Virus record (IMG/VR): IMGVR_UViG_3300020045_002299 | Location: 1-45,828 of that record | Source: a virus | Lineage: Duplodnaviria > Caudoviricetes | Length of the DNA stretch: 45,828 nucleotides | Strand: one strand, 5' to 3' | Part shown: piece after piece, positions 18,864 through 28,066 of the stretch | Numbering within the stretch: position 1 is the first letter of the stretch | Layout of the letters: every line of letters begins with the position of its first letter | Translations under genes and position numbers: made by a program | Notes under the pieces: generated by a model | Databases searched by the model: none | What the model was told of the DNA's origin: nothing | The model's input: the letters and a program-made list of their open reading frames with translations, nothing else

Positions 18864-21336
18864 AGAACTTTTCACGACCGGCGATACAAATTGGCTTTTA
18901 GGCAACGTCGGAGAGTGGCAAAAACTCACCTTAAACGCTGAGGCCTCGGTCGATTATTTTGCGACCATGTCAGAGCCGATTATCGTTAACCAGGTCGATA
19001 AGTCGCTGACGTTGCAGAATGGGAAAAAATGGTCGGATTATGGTTTCGACATCGGTCAAAGTTGTACGTTTCGTTTTCGGTACACCAACACGATCGGCCT
19101 GGACTTTTATCTCCAGGGAACTTTTACCATAATGAACCTTTACGGAGACAAACTCGAGGCGGACACGTTGATCGCCGGAGGTATCCCTCTCTCAAATGGA
19201 TCGTTTCCGGTCGAGCGAGCCGACGACAAAACGTCCGAGGTTACTGTTACGGCCAATGAAGAACCGGAGGGAGTAACACTCACTTACGGCCATATCGCCA
19301 ATGCAGACTCGGAGAGCGACGAACTCAAAAGCGTAATCGACTCCAGTACGACAAGTTTTGTTTATCCAAATATCAAAGCCGAGGCACTTAACACCGTACA
19401 CGCAATGCAGGCCGTCGGGATACAGTCCGGGATGTCTGTCCGCACCGCAACGGTGAAAAGGCAGGGACTCAAACCAGGATCGACAAATGTCTATTTGTAC
19501 GAAATTGTCATCGAGTACCTGATCTCGTCGTTTTTTGACTCGATAACCGACATCGAGAGCCTCACTCCTCCGGAGTACCTGCAAAACGCCGCATCGTTGA
19601 CCGATAATTTTAAAATTAAGTTTACTCCGAAATGGAATAATCCAAACACTCTCATCCAAAACGATCTCGCAGACACGGCCAGGCTCGGTAATACGGGATG
19701 GTTTAATGAGAATTTTAACGAATTGATAAATGAGTTTCTCGTCGAGTCGCTGAGTTACCTCGATGTAAATGGCAACGCGGTCGATGCCCTGGATTTCGTC
19801 GCTGAGACCAAAGTGGTCGGGATCGTCTCGGGAGTTCCCAACGTTAGCGCACTAACGGAGTGCGGTTTCGGATTTATGTGGATACCGAAAACCGATGCAG
19901 ATTATAAAAACAGACTTACGCCGTTTTACCAAAACACTTTCGTCCAAACTGGCAGACTGACCGACGGATATAATGTCGGGACATTTTACCCAGCCACAAA
20001 CATCGGGGCAGGAGTCGGCGGCGGCATCGACACGAAAAACGTAAAATTTACAGATCTCGGCGGAGGTCGGATCTCGTTCGAGGCGAACTTTATGCCGACG
20101 GCAAACTTTACCAACTTTTTTGACGCACGTCTCGAGGACGATCGAAAATATATAATTTGGATCTCAGTTGCCGATCGAACCCTGGCGAGAAACTTCTCGG
20201 ATCGCGTTTCCCTGCTGGCCGATTTCCGGGACATGATTAAAACCGTGCCGCAAGCCGGAGCGTATCCGCTAATTACGGCCGAGTTCCTGGAGCATCCTGT
20301 CGAGGAGTTACAGCCTGGAGTCGCAAATTATGCAGGTTTCTCTCAGGACGACGTTTTGTGTCGTCTGCCGTTCAAAGTAAATTATCTCACGTCCGATTTA
20401 CAGCGCATCCGTTTCGGTGTCGAGGTTTATAATCCGAGTACGAATGTCCGGAGGATATTGGATAAATTCGACTGCAATATGACTCAGTTTCCGGACGACG
20501 CGAACGGAGTGCCGCAATTCTCGATCAATACGATCAGAGGCTTTAAACTCGAGAACGGAAATAATAAAAACTGGGTAAAAATAAACAGAGAGCCAGCGAT
20601 GGACGCTCCAGGACAGAGCGGTTATCTCGCATATTTTGCCTTTAAAATCCGTTACGAGGATTGGATCGCGCTCGGAGGCATGCCAAACGATTTTTTTGAT
20701 GCGCTCGCGCTCAATCATGGATTTAATAACGAGTGGTTTCACTATCTCAATACTCTCGGATGGCAGGTTGCATTTTTTACCGAGATCCAAACCATCGAAA
20801 ACGGCGGACTGCTGGAGTACCGTAATCGCTGGGATATGACTTTTAAGCATTACGACACAAATACGCTCATCCAAACAACGCATAATTATTACAGGGATGC
20901 GGACGGGACTCTGCTCAACGTTGGGACAGATCCGGACTCCGGTCGTCCGTTGGGCGTTGTTTTGAGCAACGAACCGACCAGGCTCGAGATCTCTTACACG
21001 ATCCAGGACTCCGGTGCATGGGATGGCGCGAACCTTTACGCCGTTACGACAATCGAGATCGACCGAGGCGCAGGATTTAAGGAAATGAGACAACTCTCCT
21101 CGGTTTGGGGTTTCGAGAACGACAATCCGCTCCGTCCGTTACCTGGAGAGGACGGCCTCAAAATACAGGTTTCCGGAGATTTCAAAACGGTTAAAACGTC
21201 GTGCCTCATCGATCCGCAGTTGCTCGACGACGCTCCTCGTTACAGAATTACCGGCCGCGTCGGATGTTTTGACGGCGGACAGCCTCCGATCACGCTCGGC
21301 AAATATGAGGCGAGATATGAGGATCGTTACGAATAG
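18832..21336 (+). CDS. Large tail tip/baseplate protein
   Basis: 834 aa, beta-rich; ends in YEARYEDRYE. Confidence 0.7.
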   Translation: MGVKITSRIYKELFTTGDTNWLLGNVGEWQKLTLNAEASVDYFATMSEPIIVNQVDKSLTLQNGKKWSDYGFDIGQSCTFRFRYTNTIGLDFYLQGTFTIMNLYGDKLEADTLIAGGIPLSNGSFPVERADDKTSEVTVTANEEPEGVTLTYGHIANADSESDELKSVIDSSTTSFVYPNIKAEALNTVHAMQAVGIQSGMSVRTATVKRQGLKPGSTNVYLYEIVIEYLISSFFDSITDIESLTPPEYLQNAASLTDNFKIKFTPKWNNPNTLIQNDLADTARLGNTGWFNENFNELINEFLVESLSYLDVNGNAVDALDFVAETKVVGIVSGVPNVSALTECGFGFMWIPKTDADYKNRLTPFYQNTFVQTGRLTDGYNVGTFYPATNIGAGVGGGIDTKNVKFTDLGGGRISFEANFMPTANFTNFFDARLEDDRKYIIWISVADRTLARNFSDRVSLLADFRDMIKTVPQAGAYPLITAEFLEHPVEELQPGVANYAGFSQDDVLCRLPFKVNYLTSDLQRIRFGVEVYNPSTNVRRILDKFDCNMTQFPDDANGVPQFSINTIRGFKLENGNNKNWVKINREPAMDAPGQSGYLAYFAFKIRYEDWIALGGMPNDFFDALALNHGFNNEWFHYLNTLGWQVAFFTEIQTIENGGLLEYRNRWDMTFKHYDTNTLIQTTHNYYRDADGTLLNVGTDPDSGRPLGVVLSNEPTRLEISYTIQDSGAWDGANLYAVTTIEIDRGAGFKEMRQLSSVWGFENDNPLRPLPGEDGLKIQVSGDFKTVKTSCLIDPQLLDDAPRYRITGRVGCFDGGQPPITLGKYEARYEDRYE

Positions 21337-21369
21337 AAAAATTAATTACATTTACAAAAAATTACAATC

Positions 21370-22482
21370 ATGGCCGATAATCTCGCAATAGTAAAAGAGC
21401 ATTTAGACACCGCAATCGATCCAGCGGCAGATCCGGGACAAATTCTCGCCCAGGAGCATAACGACGTTTTTACCGAGATGCTTTCCAAAGTTGGAAAATA
21501 TACCGGCGGATCGTTTACCGTAAAAGGCGGAGCGGCGACGGTTATGTTACCGGGACAGATTTACATCCTGGCCGCGTTGGTTGCCGCCGATGTCATCCTC
21601 GTAATGAGCCAAACGACAAACGACGGTAATTATACCAGCAATATTTTGTCAAATTGCAACCGGGGCGATGTCCTGCATCTCAAAGATTATAACGGCCGGA
21701 GTTCTTATTTGAAAATATCGGAAATTACCGAGGGCGTGGATACTGTTGAGACTCCGACATTTGTCGTCAGCACGAAACCAATGCCAGGAAATCAAAATTA
21801 CACTTATCAGGTGTCCGACGCGCTGATCTGCATTGTCGAGGTCATTAAGGGACAGGATTTCGACGCTTTGCTTAGTAAGATCGACTTACGCCTCACCTGG
21901 GCAAAGTATGACGGAAAAATCGAAGATCCGGTCGGTGAAGATTTCGACACCTATTTTAAAAATGTAATGTTTACGGGAATATTGCCGGGAGGAATTACAA
22001 CTCCAGGAGTCGTAAAGGTTAAGCAACCGATTATAAAAACGAAAAATTACGACCTCATTGCAGATTACTCTCCAAAGGTTATAATCGAGCGATATTCGCC
22101 TCAAAAATACAAAGGCAAGGAATTAGACACAAATTTGCGTAATTTCCAGAACGCCGGATATAAACGCGACATCGTCAACGCTTTTGGTCGTCCGTCAGAG
22201 TTTGATTTGACGAGTGAGAACTTTATCCAGGATTTATTTGCTGAGTATTATTTCCAGGTCGAAAGTTTCCCAATCCCGAGAGGGATCGGTCGCCGAAATT
22301 TTTCCGGGTTCGATAATCCGAGCGGATTACGTGAAAATCTAAAAGGTTATGTATATTTGCGCTTTAAAATACAAATTACGGTCGATGGCGTGGACTACAT
22401 AAGCGAGCCGAAATGTCCGTTTAAGATAGTGGGAATCGCGACGGATACCTTTAAACTGATTTCGTATGCGTTGAATATATAA
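21370..22482 (+). CDS. Tail-associated protein with a distinct basic/aromatic C-terminal domain
   Basis: N-terminal ILAQEHNDV fibre-anchor-like motif; C-terminal ~200 aa more AT-rich. Confidence 0.7.
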   Translation: MADNLAIVKEHLDTAIDPAADPGQILAQEHNDVFTEMLSKVGKYTGGSFTVKGGAATVMLPGQIYILAALVAADVILVMSQTTNDGNYTSNILSNCNRGDVLHLKDYNGRSSYLKISEITEGVDTVETPTFVVSTKPMPGNQNYTYQVSDALICIVEVIKGQDFDALLSKIDLRLTWAKYDGKIEDPVGEDFDTYFKNVMFTGILPGGITTPGVVKVKQPIIKTKNYDLIADYSPKVIIERYSPQKYKGKELDTNLRNFQNAGYKRDIVNAFGRPSEFDLTSENFIQDLFAEYYFQVESFPIPRGIGRRNFSGFDNPSGLRENLKGYVYLRFKIQITVDGVDYISEPKCPFKIVGIATDTFKLISYALNI

Positions 22483-22485
22483 AGA

Positions 22486-22562
22486 TTTGGTATTTTGTCA
22501 TAGGCAGCCTGTTTTGGCGCTTGTTATACCAGCCTGTTTTTGGCGGGGGTTATATATACCTG
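22486..22562 (+). repeat. Three-unit degenerate tandem array TTTGG-N5/6-GTYATA-N4/5-CCTG (25-26 nt period)
   Basis: Units 22486-22511, 22512-22536 and 22537-22562 read directly from the sequence. Confidence 0.75.
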
Positions 22563-22566
22563 AAAG

Positions 22567-22596
22567 AACATCGTCACCGCGACGATGTTTTTTTTT
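22567..22596 (+). terminator. Rho-independent terminator
   Basis: AACATCGTC-ACCGC-GACGATGTT followed by a T-run. Confidence 0.85.
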
Positions 22597-22605
22597 ATAC
22601 TTTTG
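22592..22605 (+). promoter_or_regulatory. -7 promoter element TACTTTTG overlapping the terminator T-tract
   Basis: TTTTTA-TACTTTTG, 12 nt before ATG 22618. Confidence 0.55.
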
Positions 22606-22617
22606 GTAAAAAATAAT

Positions 22618-24348
22618 ATGTGTGATCCTACAAAAACGCCAATCCTAAACATCAGTTTCATCGCTCCGGGAGACGAGATAAATTGGTTTAACAACACCGC
22701 AAATCCTATCAATATTGAAAACGAAAAACTAATCCTCAGACCGAGCGGACAGGGATCGGTTTTCTCCAGGACACTCGGAGCGGTTTCCGGCGATCGAGAT
22801 CGGTTTCGCATGGTGTTGAACTTTGAGGCATATCGCCCGGCACTCGACGGCGCAAAAGACTCGACGTACATCGTACAGGTGTTGCACGGCGGCAAAGTGA
22901 TCGGTCAATATATCGTCCCGTTTAAATCAATCGCTCCGGGGCAAATTGTAAAATACAGCCTCGACAGGACGATAAAAAACGACGGCCTGTCCGGGAACTT
23001 TTCGTTAAAAATTATGAGTCCGACCGGTTTCGAGAATGAGATCCGGATCTCGAGTATTTTGGCCGAGGAGTTTAATTTTTGCACCGAGAAAGTGAGGAGT
23101 TATTTTATTTTGCAGGATCTTTTCGAGAAAAGCCTCTCCTCTCAGACATCGGCCATCAGACTCAACCGTTTTAAAATTGACGGAATCGAGACGCTGACAA
23201 ATGCGTTTCTCGCTTACAACACGCAGAACCTCGGACACAATCCCGAGGCGGATTGGCTTTTCGGACGTGCAAATCTTGACGGACAGGACAGACAGGAAAC
23301 TTTCGCTTATGCCAACACTTTTAATCCTTTTGTCGCGGAGTTAGGCCTCACCTTTGGAGATGCCGCATATCACGGCGGAAACGCTACCGAGACGACGGAC
23401 GGACAGGATTATGGCTCGGCACTTTTCGCGATTGGAGTCGATAAGCCGGAAATCCTCAACGCTTTGCAACAGGTTCGCAAAGGCGCATTTTATCTCGACA
23501 TCGATTACACGAAAGGCCTGTTTATGGATTTCGATGTCGTCATCAACAACGTATCGGACGAGGTTTTTACAGATCCCGACATTTACCGAAATTATCGTCT
23601 CGTTTGGGACTTCGACAAAAAAAAGACCTCATTTTTTTACATCGACAAAAAGACCGGCGTTAAAGTCGATCAGCTTGCAAACGGTTTCCTCGCAGGAGCA
23701 ACCGGAGAACAACGGCAGATCGACGAACTCGCAATCGGCCAGCGGATCAATTACGGAACAAACGAGAGAGATTTCGATTTTTATTTCGACGTACCGGCAG
23801 GAGAGGGAAACACCGGCATCGAGTTTGACACCGGAGAGATCCCGACAAAAATCGACATCCTGGACGGAAACGACACCTATACGACAAATTACCTCGGAAA
23901 GTCCGAAAACAATCAGTACTTATTAAATGCCTTAGTCCCGGCAAATCTTATCAAAACGACGGCCGACGGAAATGGGAAAGGGAAAATTATATTTTTCAAA
24001 CCGACCGGCGCGAAAACCTTACAGGTAAAAGTCTCGACTCCGGTACTCGGTGCGCTGGGATACTTTAAAACACTTTTCTCGACCGCCTCATCGCTCGAGA
24101 TTGGAGTGGGAGGATGCGCCGATGAGGTCGATTATACCGACAGCGTGTTCATGGCGTTATCAGATCCGGAGGTTTTCGAGATCTCCGACGGCCTCGAATT
24201 ATTCCAGGACGAGGCGTTGTCGATACCGTTCAACGGACATAATCAAACATATAAGGCGAGATTGTACGGAAAAAATGGTTTAATTTACACCGGCGTAAGT
24301 TTCAAAGTCGGCTCGACCGGCATCGTGAGCGAGACAACAACCTGTTAA
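22618..24348 (+). CDS. Tail/baseplate structural protein
   Basis: Start MCDPTK at 22618 (A-rich context); beta-rich; late operon. Confidence 0.65.
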   Translation: MCDPTKTPILNISFIAPGDEINWFNNTANPINIENEKLILRPSGQGSVFSRTLGAVSGDRDRFRMVLNFEAYRPALDGAKDSTYIVQVLHGGKVIGQYIVPFKSIAPGQIVKYSLDRTIKNDGLSGNFSLKIMSPTGFENEIRISSILAEEFNFCTEKVRSYFILQDLFEKSLSSQTSAIRLNRFKIDGIETLTNAFLAYNTQNLGHNPEADWLFGRANLDGQDRQETFAYANTFNPFVAELGLTFGDAAYHGGNATETTDGQDYGSALFAIGVDKPEILNALQQVRKGAFYLDIDYTKGLFMDFDVVINNVSDEVFTDPDIYRNYRLVWDFDKKKTSFFYIDKKTGVKVDQLANGFLAGATGEQRQIDELAIGQRINYGTNERDFDFYFDVPAGEGNTGIEFDTGEIPTKIDILDGNDTYTTNYLGKSENNQYLLNALVPANLIKTTADGNGKGKIIFFKPTGAKTLQVKVSTPVLGALGYFKTLFSTASSLEIGVGGCADEVDYTDSVFMALSDPEVFEISDGLELFQDEALSIPFNGHNQTYKARLYGKNGLIYTGVSFKVGSTGIVSETTTC

Positions 24349-24361
24349 AAAATAATTTCAC

Positions 24362-25315
24362 ATGAAAGACAATAACGACGTTTTGGTTTTAGATCCTGGA
24401 GGCTTTGGTTACGCTGGAGTTAATCCCTGCCCGTATGCGGAGAGATCTCTCAGTTATGCGACCGGGATACAACTGCCGACCATCGGGATCGATCCGGACA
24501 TCATTTTTAAAGAGTGCTGTTATACTCACATAGTCCTCGCGGATCTCGCATCGTCGCTCGATTTTAAAAACGATTACTCCGGATTTTACCATCAGCGGCA
24601 ACTCCCGAACGAGACAGCCGATTTTATACTGTTCCGCTATCAGAACGGACTCGAGTATCCGCTCATCGATGACTCGTTCGGCTCATTTTTCCCGTTCGGT
24701 TATTTTGCAAATAATCCAGGCCTCAAAGGATACCGAGTCGAGTGGAAAAAAGTCCTCACGGCACTCGGAGAGGGCAGTTATAAAATAATTAAGCGACAGA
24801 ATATAAGCGGCCTCCTGTTCGAGACCAACTCGTTTACTTTCACGCTCAGGCAATACTCGAGCCTGTTGGCCGACAAAACCGTCCGCATTGATATTGTAAT
24901 GAATGGCCGAATAGAGCGCGACAAAGTCGAGTTTTATGGAGCAGGATGGAAACACTCGTTACGAGTTCCTGGGTTTTTCGGACGACGTGAGCATCAGTAC
25001 GAGGAGGACAATGTGATCCAAAAGAACCTCGTAAAGCGTCAAATCTCCATGACTCAGTCCAACGAGTACAAGTTCCAAACGAATTTCGTCCCATCCTGCA
25101 TAACCTCGGAGATAATCGACTTTATGCTGTTTGCAAACGACATTTTTTTCAATGACTACAATTTGAATAATCACTCTTACGATTATGCAAAGTTTCCGGT
25201 AAAGTTCTCCTCGAATGAGGGGACAGGTTACTCGGTAACGACCAGGAAAGCGCGGTTAAATTTGGTATTCCAGGACAAAGCGGCCGACGCTATTAAACGA
25301 AATTTTTTACAGTAA
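24362..25315 (+). CDS. Tail structural protein (possible distal tail)
   Basis: Last gene before the lysis cassette. Confidence 0.55.
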   Translation: MKDNNDVLVLDPGGFGYAGVNPCPYAERSLSYATGIQLPTIGIDPDIIFKECCYTHIVLADLASSLDFKNDYSGFYHQRQLPNETADFILFRYQNGLEYPLIDDSFGSFFPFGYFANNPGLKGYRVEWKKVLTALGEGSYKIIKRQNISGLLFETNSFTFTLRQYSSLLADKTVRIDIVMNGRIERDKVEFYGAGWKHSLRVPGFFGRREHQYEEDNVIQKNLVKRQISMTQSNEYKFQTNFVPSCITSEIIDFMLFANDIFFNDYNLNNHSYDYAKFPVKFSSNEGTGYSVTTRKARLNLVFQDKAADAIKRNFLQ

Positions 25316-25316
25316 A

Positions 25317-25847
25317 ATGAAAATGATAAAATTATTTTTTTACCGCCTGATCCTGATCGTGGATAAGAAACCAACCTGGATCGACCGCGTCCGATATTGG
25401 TTTGAGGTAACTCCTTTTTTCAGCGGCTTTTGTTACCTGCTCGACGGGATCGACTTATGGTTCACCACAAATAAACAATTCGTTACGTTTGCCATTATCG
25501 CGGTCGTTATTAACATCGCTTACGGAATGTACTATCACCACAAAACAAATACTTTCGATTACGGGGAACTGCTCCGAAAGGCCTCGAAAATGATTGTAAC
25601 GATAATCGTGTCTTATGTCCTGCTCGATATGCTCAGGGTTACGGCCGGAGACAATATCGCAGGGGAGATTTTTAAAATCCTCATCCAAATAATGACGCTT
25701 TTGTATCCCATATCGAAAACACTTAAACAGGTGTACATCCTGAGTAATAAGGAGTTCCCTCCGGAGTTCATTATGACGAAATTGTACAATTTTGAAAAGA
25801 ACGGAGATTTAACTGAATTTTTTAACACAAAACAAAAACCTGAGTAA
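25317..25847 (+). CDS. Holin
   Basis: Multiple TM segments; directly upstream of the endolysin. Confidence 0.7.
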   Translation: MKMIKLFFYRLILIVDKKPTWIDRVRYWFEVTPFFSGFCYLLDGIDLWFTTNKQFVTFAIIAVVINIAYGMYYHHKTNTFDYGELLRKASKMIVTIIVSYVLLDMLRVTAGDNIAGEIFKILIQIMTLLYPISKTLKQVYILSNKEFPPEFIMTKLYNFEKNGDLTEFFNTKQKPE

Positions 25848-25849
25848 TT

Positions 25850-26341
25850 ATGCCAATCGCAAAAAACATCAAAAAGATCGTGATCCATTGCTCCGCTGGT
25901 TTCGGAGACAAAGCCAGTATTTTAGCATATTGGAAAAACGTTTTAGGATGGAGATCCGTCGGATACCATCGTCTAATCGGTACACTCGGCGAAGTTCACG
26001 AACTCGCCAAATTTGAGGAGTTTACCAACGGAGTCCAGGGACACAATTCCGAGACTCTGCATATCTGCTACATCGGCGGCGTTGAGAAGAAAGCCGGAAA
26101 GTTTGTCGCCAAAGACACCCGGACGGACGCGCAAAAGAAATCGATCGAGTATTGCATCGGAGAGATGCAGAAATGGATCAGGAAAAACGGCGGAGATCCG
26201 TCAAAGGTTCAAATCGTCGGTCATCGCGATTTCAGTCCCGACCAAAACAAAGACGGCGTAATCGCATCCTGGGAACGGATTAAAGAGTGTCCGTCGTTCG
26301 ATGCCATACCTGAGTACAAACATTTAATTCCAACCGCTTAA
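25850..26341 (+). CDS. Endolysin, N-acetylmuramoyl-L-alanine amidase (Amidase_2, T7 lysozyme-like)
   Basis: IVIHCSA, GYH, ICYIGG, GHRDF and KECPSFD zinc-amidase motifs. Confidence 0.92.
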   Translation: MPIAKNIKKIVIHCSAGFGDKASILAYWKNVLGWRSVGYHRLIGTLGEVHELAKFEEFTNGVQGHNSETLHICYIGGVEKKAGKFVAKDTRTDAQKKSIEYCIGEMQKWIRKNGGDPSKVQIVGHRDFSPDQNKDGVIASWERIKECPSFDAIPEYKHLIPTA

Positions 26342-26351
26342 AATTCCAACC

Positions 26352-26831
26352 ATGAAAAAAGCATTTTTATTTTTATTCCTTATCGCCTCGCTAATCTGCC
26401 AGGCGCAAATTACCGGCAGAGTCGTAAAGATCAAAGACGGAGACACCGTCGTCGTTTTGGATGCCAGCAACAAAGAAACGACCGTCCGCCTGGCCGGTAT
26501 CGACTGCCCGGAGAAAAAACAGGATTTCGGGAGCGCGGCGCGAGTCTTTACCTCGATGCAAATCTTTGAATATACCGTCAGAGTGAAAGTCGTAACCGTT
26601 GACCGTTACGGACGGACGATCGGCTGGATTACTTACGGCGAGAAGTTCGAGAAAGACCTCTCTCGCGAGTTACTAAAATCCGGACTCGCCTGGCATTATA
26701 CCGATTACGATAAGTCGAAGTATTTGCAGAGCCTCGAGAATAAGGCGAGAAAGCAAAAAATCGGACTTTGGAGTCTGCCCGATCCAATCCGTCCGAGTGA
26801 ATTTCGGAGCGCAAAAACAGTAAAACGATGA
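26352..26831 (+). CDS. Secreted thermonuclease (SNase family)
   Basis: Signal peptide; DGDT, VRLAGIDCPE, DRYGRT, GLAW and ARKQKIGLW motifs. Confidence 0.92.
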   Translation: MKKAFLFLFLIASLICQAQITGRVVKIKDGDTVVVLDASNKETTVRLAGIDCPEKKQDFGSAARVFTSMQIFEYTVRVKVVTVDRYGRTIGWITYGEKFEKDLSRELLKSGLAWHYTDYDKSKYLQSLENKARKQKIGLWSLPDPIRPSEFRSAKTVKR

Positions 26832-27400
26832 AAAGGGCGTTTTTAGGCATTATCTCGCTGTTACTGATAACATCGTGCGCCTCTGTCAAGAAAAACGAAA
26901 CCAGGGAGGAGAAATCCGCCTCCAGCGTCGAAGTGAACGCGGACTCAATCGCCAAACTCAAAGAGCAGTTAAAAACGGCAAACAAAACGATCGAGGAACT
27001 CAAAACAAAAAAAACGACGACCGAGATCAAATATAAACCGGAGATCGATCCAGCGACCGGCAAAGCAAAGCCTTTCAATTATGAGACAAAGGAGAACGGG
27101 AAACCGAAAACCAGCGTACACGTTGACGGAAACGGCGAGGTAACGATCCGGAGCGAGGAGGAGGAGACTCAGCAGATCCGGGAGCAGTACTCGGACTCGA
27201 TCCGGGACATCACTCACGAATTTAATCGCAGACTCCAGGCTCAGGCATCGACAATCCAATCGCTCGAGAGTCATAAGTCAAAGACCGGCGGCGGATCGTT
27301 TTGGTTGTGGTTTTGGATAATCCTCCTCGCGATCCTGCTGGCCGTTTCAATTTATTTCCATGTCGTTAGGACTGGCATCCCGTTTTTAAATAAAAAATAA
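26828..27400 (+). CDS. Unimolecular spanin (lipoprotein with C-terminal TM helix)
   Basis: Lipobox LITSC near the N-terminus; FWLWFWIILLAILLAVSIYF near the C-terminus; last gene of the lysis cassette. Confidence 0.75.
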   Translation: MKRAFLGIISLLLITSCASVKKNETREEKSASSVEVNADSIAKLKEQLKTANKTIEELKTKKTTTEIKYKPEIDPATGKAKPFNYETKENGKPKTSVHVDGNGEVTIRSEEEETQQIREQYSDSIRDITHEFNRRLQAQASTIQSLESHKSKTGGGSFWLWFWIILLAILLAVSIYFHVVRTGIPFLNKK

Positions 27401-27402
27401 AT

Positions 27403-27489
27403 TATATTTGCCTCGGGTTTGTGTAATAGTGTGGTATTGCATCAAAGTTGTGTTTTGAAAGGAGTCTCCTCAAAAGGGAGACTTTTTTT
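27403..27489 (+). ncRNA. Candidate ~70-nt GU-rich small RNA
   Basis: TATATTTG -7 element at 27403-27410, no ORF, ends in a terminator. Confidence 0.4.
27463..27489 (+). terminator. Rho-independent terminator (end of late operon)
   Basis: AGTCTCC-TCAAAAG-GGAGACT followed by a T-run. Confidence 0.85.
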
Positions 27490-27494
27490 GTGCG

Positions 27495-27543
27495 TAAATA
27501 AATTAAAAAATGTTTTGTAATTAAATTATATTATTTACATTTG
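27495..27543 (+). promoter_or_regulatory. Early promoter, divergent copy of the 50-bp cassette
   Basis: TAAATAAATTAAAAAATGTTTTG...TACATTTG. Confidence 0.75.
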
Positions 27544-27566
27544 CCAAAACAAACACCATTTTCCTC

Positions 27567-27749
27567 ATGCAACCACAAGCGCAAAAAGATCCTGGTTATC
27601 CGAAAATTATCGATATTTCCAGCAGAAAACAACCATTTAAGCACGACCGGAGAGATCCAAATTTCGACAGGCCTCTCGCCGATCTAAAACAAACCTTTCC
27701 AAAACCCGTAACCGGGATATTATTTTTTAAAATCAGGCCACAAAATTAA
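27567..27749 (+). CDS. Small hypothetical early protein
   Basis: First ATG after the promoter. Confidence 0.5.
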   Translation: MQPQAQKDPGYPKIIDISSRKQPFKHDRRDPNFDRPLADLKQTFPKPVTGILFFKIRPQN

Positions 27750-27776
27750 TCCTTAATCAATTAATATTTTTTCATT

Positions 27777-28061
27777 ATGTCAGAGCAACAAACAGAACCA
27801 ACACTCGAAATCGAAAACAAAGAGTACGCTATCGATGTGGATACAATTATCGCCAAATGGAACGCGGCAAACCCGGATAAAAAAGAACTATCCAGGACGC
27901 AACTCGCGAAAGACATGGGAGTCAATCCGCAATTATTCTCGGACTGGAAACACAAAAAGACTCCAAAATGGGTAAAGTGGCTCATGCACCTGGTCGAGAC
28001 CGGAAACTGTGAGATCGGCGAGTTTATCAAAGAGCGCACCGACGACGAACCTAAAAATTAA
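27777..28061 (+). CDS. Cro/XRE-like HTH DNA-binding protein
   Basis: LSRTQLAKDMGVNPQLFSDWK helix-turn-helix. Confidence 0.75.
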   Translation: MSEQQTEPTLEIENKEYAIDVDTIIAKWNAANPDKKELSRTQLAKDMGVNPQLFSDWKHKKTPKWVKWLMHLVETGNCEIGEFIKERTDDEPKN

Positions 28062-28066
28062 TACCC

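Noticed and set aside
22486-22562. Array as a CRISPR or mini-CRISPR
   Set aside because: Variable segments are only 4-6 nt, there are no 30-nt spacers and no cas genes; kept as an unexplained array instead
10597-25315. Diversity-generating retroelement or invertible tail-fibre shufflon
   Set aside because: No reverse transcriptase, no TR/VR pair and no invertase or inverted gene segments seen
27777-28061. Lysogeny switch / CI repressor
   Set aside because: No divergent gene, integrase, partition genes or S24 peptidase domain found
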